A DNA stretch of 61,584 nt, the filler included. It is 4 parts of 4 records of this genome, joined end to end, with 100 filler letters (N's around TTAATTAATTAA, not from the genome) between each part and the next. Parts side by side here need not be neighbours in the genome. Positions count along the whole stretch, not along the records: positions 53,250 to 61,584 come from SRR31156797_7004; 3 more parts are not named here. The stretch is one strand, 5' to 3'. Positions 60,053 through 61,584 of this stretch are shown here, in pieces. Positions within the stretch are counted from its first letter, which is position 1, and each line of letters opens with the position of its first letter. Below the pieces are notes generated by a model. The model was given only the letters and a program-made list of their open reading frames with translations, was not told the origin of the DNA and made no database searches. Position numbers and translations under genes: made by a program.

Positions 60053-60142
60053 CAGGGGTATTTTGAGAGGATAAAGGTAGGTGAGAGATATTGATTGTGG
60101 ATTAAGATGGATGATATTTTGATAAAATAATGATGGATAATA

Positions 60143-60172
60143 TTGCTAAATGTTAGGGGTATAGTGTAGAAT
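60143..60172 (+). promoter_or_regulatory. SigmaA promoter of moron 2
   Basis: TTGCTA-18 nt-TAGAAT, homologous to 58203-58231. Confidence 0.68.
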
Positions 60173-60201
60173 ATATTTAACAATAGAAAGAGGTATATAG
60201 C

Positions 60202-60558
60202 ATGGCTGGTTCTTATTTAAGTCCTATAAGTAAAAAGAGTGAAGTACAATATTCGTGTGGAGTAGATGATGTAGTCAAAGCAACATTAAAGATTGGAGAA
60301 AACAATTCGGGTTATGAGTTGTTGTCTCATAACAAATTGGCAAAGATTATTCATTACAAGTATGACAAGTCAATATTATTAAATTGGCAGAGTATTTATG
60401 TTACTGTTTTTAAAATAGATGATAATAATACTAAAGTAGAAATAGAAGTTGTAGAAGAGAGAGAAAAACTTATTAGAAACGGTTTCTATCAACAGCATAT
60501 TGATTACATGACTACTGAGATATCAAAAGAATTGGGAATAATTCTTAGGAGCAAATAG
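60202..60558 (+). CDS. Moron 2: small alpha/beta protein, paralog of the moron 1 domains
   Basis: 118 aa with its own promoter, GAGGT SD and terminator. Confidence 0.78.
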   Translation: MAGSYLSPISKKSEVQYSCGVDDVVKATLKIGENNSGYELLSHNKLAKIIHYKYDKSILLNWQSIYVTVFKIDDNNTKVEIEVVEEREKLIRNGFYQQHIDYMTTEISKELGIILRSK

Positions 60559-60586
60559 AACAAAAAGATAAAACAAATAGTCATTT

Positions 60587-60610
60587 AAGCCCTTTAAGGG
60601 CTTTTTTATT
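60587..60610 (+). terminator. Terminator after moron 2
   Basis: AAGCCCT-TTA-AGGGCTT followed by a T-run. Confidence 0.75.
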
Positions 60611-60628
60611 GTTAAGAAAGGATATAGC

Positions 60629-61584
60629 ATGAGTGCAGAAACAATATCAATGTCAGTAGAACTAAATACGAGTTCTTTTGAAAATAATATTAATACAATA
60701 TTAATCAATCTAGATAGTATAACACTAAAAATGAATGCATTAGCAGCATTGATGGTGAATATCAGTGAGAATGTTGAGTTGTCGCTTAAGGTGTCGGGTT
60801 GGGATAAATTGAATAATGTTATTAATACACTGGCACTTTTTCAATTCTTTGGGGTAAAAGTTACATCAATTATAGGCAAATTTGGTAGGTATTTTAGTGA
60901 ATATGGGATATCAATTATTGGAGTAGCGACTAAAATAGGTCCAAAGATTATTGGATTATTTAAATCAATGGGATCGGGTATTGGTACTGCAATATCCTGG
61001 ATAGGAAATATAGTTAGTGTAAAAATGATAGTAATAATAGTAGTTATTGGATTGCTAGTAGCTGCAGCCATATTAGTTATAAAAAATTGGGACAAAGTTA
61101 AGGCATTCTTTGCAAGGCTTTTTGGATGGTTCAAAGCAAAATGGGATAACTTCAAGTCCTTTTTTTCTAGAGGATTAAATTTATTTAAAGGTTTAAAAGA
61201 AAAATTATTAAAGCCCCTTTACGATATGAAACCTAACATGTCACCTATAGGAAAAGCAATAATTGAGGGATTGCTTGATGGTTTGCTTACATTTAATCCT
61301 ATAGTTGCGATTATTAGTATTGCTACAAGAATAATTAATGTATTTAGGGAAAAACTAAAAATCAACTCCCCATCCAAAAAGATGATTGAGATAGGTAAGT
61401 ATATTATTCTTGGACTGATAAGTGGCTTAAAAGCAGCAGCTCAGGGTGTGCTTACATATATCGGGAAGTTTATAGGTAATGTAATAAAGTGGATAACTAC
61501 AAATGTGCCAAAGATAATTGCTGCTATTACTACGTTCTTTGCCAATATGTGGACAAGCATTACTACATTCTTTACAAATATTTG
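60629..61584 (+). CDS. Tape-measure-like protein, copy 2 (3' partial)
   Basis: Manual translation from ATG 60629 (GAAAGGA SD) is open to the window end: MSAETISMSVELNTSSF...IKNWDK...KINSPSKKMIEIGKYIILGLISGLK. Confidence 0.82.
   Translation, partial: MSAETISMSVELNTSSFENNINTILINLDSITLKMNALAALMVNISENVELSLKVSGWDKLNNVINTLALFQFFGVKVTSIIGKFGRYFSEYGISIIGVATKIGPKIIGLFKSMGSGIGTAISWIGNIVSVKMIVIIVVIGLLVAAAILVIKNWDKVKAFFARLFGWFKAKWDNFKSFFSRGLNLFKGLKEKLLKPLYDMKPNMSPIGKAIIEGLLDGLLTFNPIVAIISIATRIINVFREKLKINSPSKKMIEIGKYIILGLISGLKAAAQGVLTYIGKFIGNVIKWITTNVPKIIAAITTFFANMWTSITTFFTNI

Larger units (their letters stand above)
53250..61584 (+). mobile_element. Siphophage-type (pro)phage morphogenesis module, possibly cryptic
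   Basis: Gene order: scaffold, capsid, head-tail genes, major tail, tail chaperone with frameshift, tape-measure-like genes; Firmicutes-type SD sequences. Confidence 0.92.

Noticed and set aside
53362-60558. Phage-wide TAG reassignment (alternative genetic code)
   Set aside because: TAG ends the capsid, 58-aa, head-closure, gp10-like, major tail and moron 2 genes at sensible positions, mostly followed by new SD/starts; only one internal TAG was seen.

Overview
The window is not one locus. It holds four unrelated contigs joined by artificial 100-nt spacers (44 N + TTAATTAATTAA + 44 N). (1) 1-31064 resembles a sulfate-reducer/Desulfobacterota genome. It carries the 3' end of a 5S rRNA, an amino-acid oxidation operon (amino acid dehydrogenase, 2-oxoacid:ferredoxin oxidoreductase, acyl-CoA synthetase), a phosphatase/EAL-GGDEF/chemoreceptor cluster with Pho-box-like repeats, a GntR + glutamine-synthetase-like + KamA-family aminomutase unit with remodelled active sites, and a TetR-RND efflux system. 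(2) 31165-38132 is Clostridia-like: an LRR-Roc-COR (Roco) gene, rpmB, glmM and a glmS ribozyme with a 130-nt insertion. (3) 38233-53149 is Bacteroidota-like housekeeping DNA: iorAB with a candidate attenuator leader peptide, yggS, ridA and the start of a tRNA-Leu. (4) 53250-61584 is a Firmicutes siphophage-type head-tail module. Its scaffold gene has an in-frame TAG and its tail chaperone has a -1 frameshift site. In place of a single tape-measure gene there is a tandemly repeated unit of promoter, small paralogous moron gene, terminator and tape-measure-like gene. The best candidates for new biology are this moron/tape-measure array, the GS-like/aminomutase beta-amino-acid pathway, and the Roco protein with hypervariable LRRs and a possibly separately translated C-terminal module. 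Taxonomic and family calls come from motif recognition only; no database search was run.
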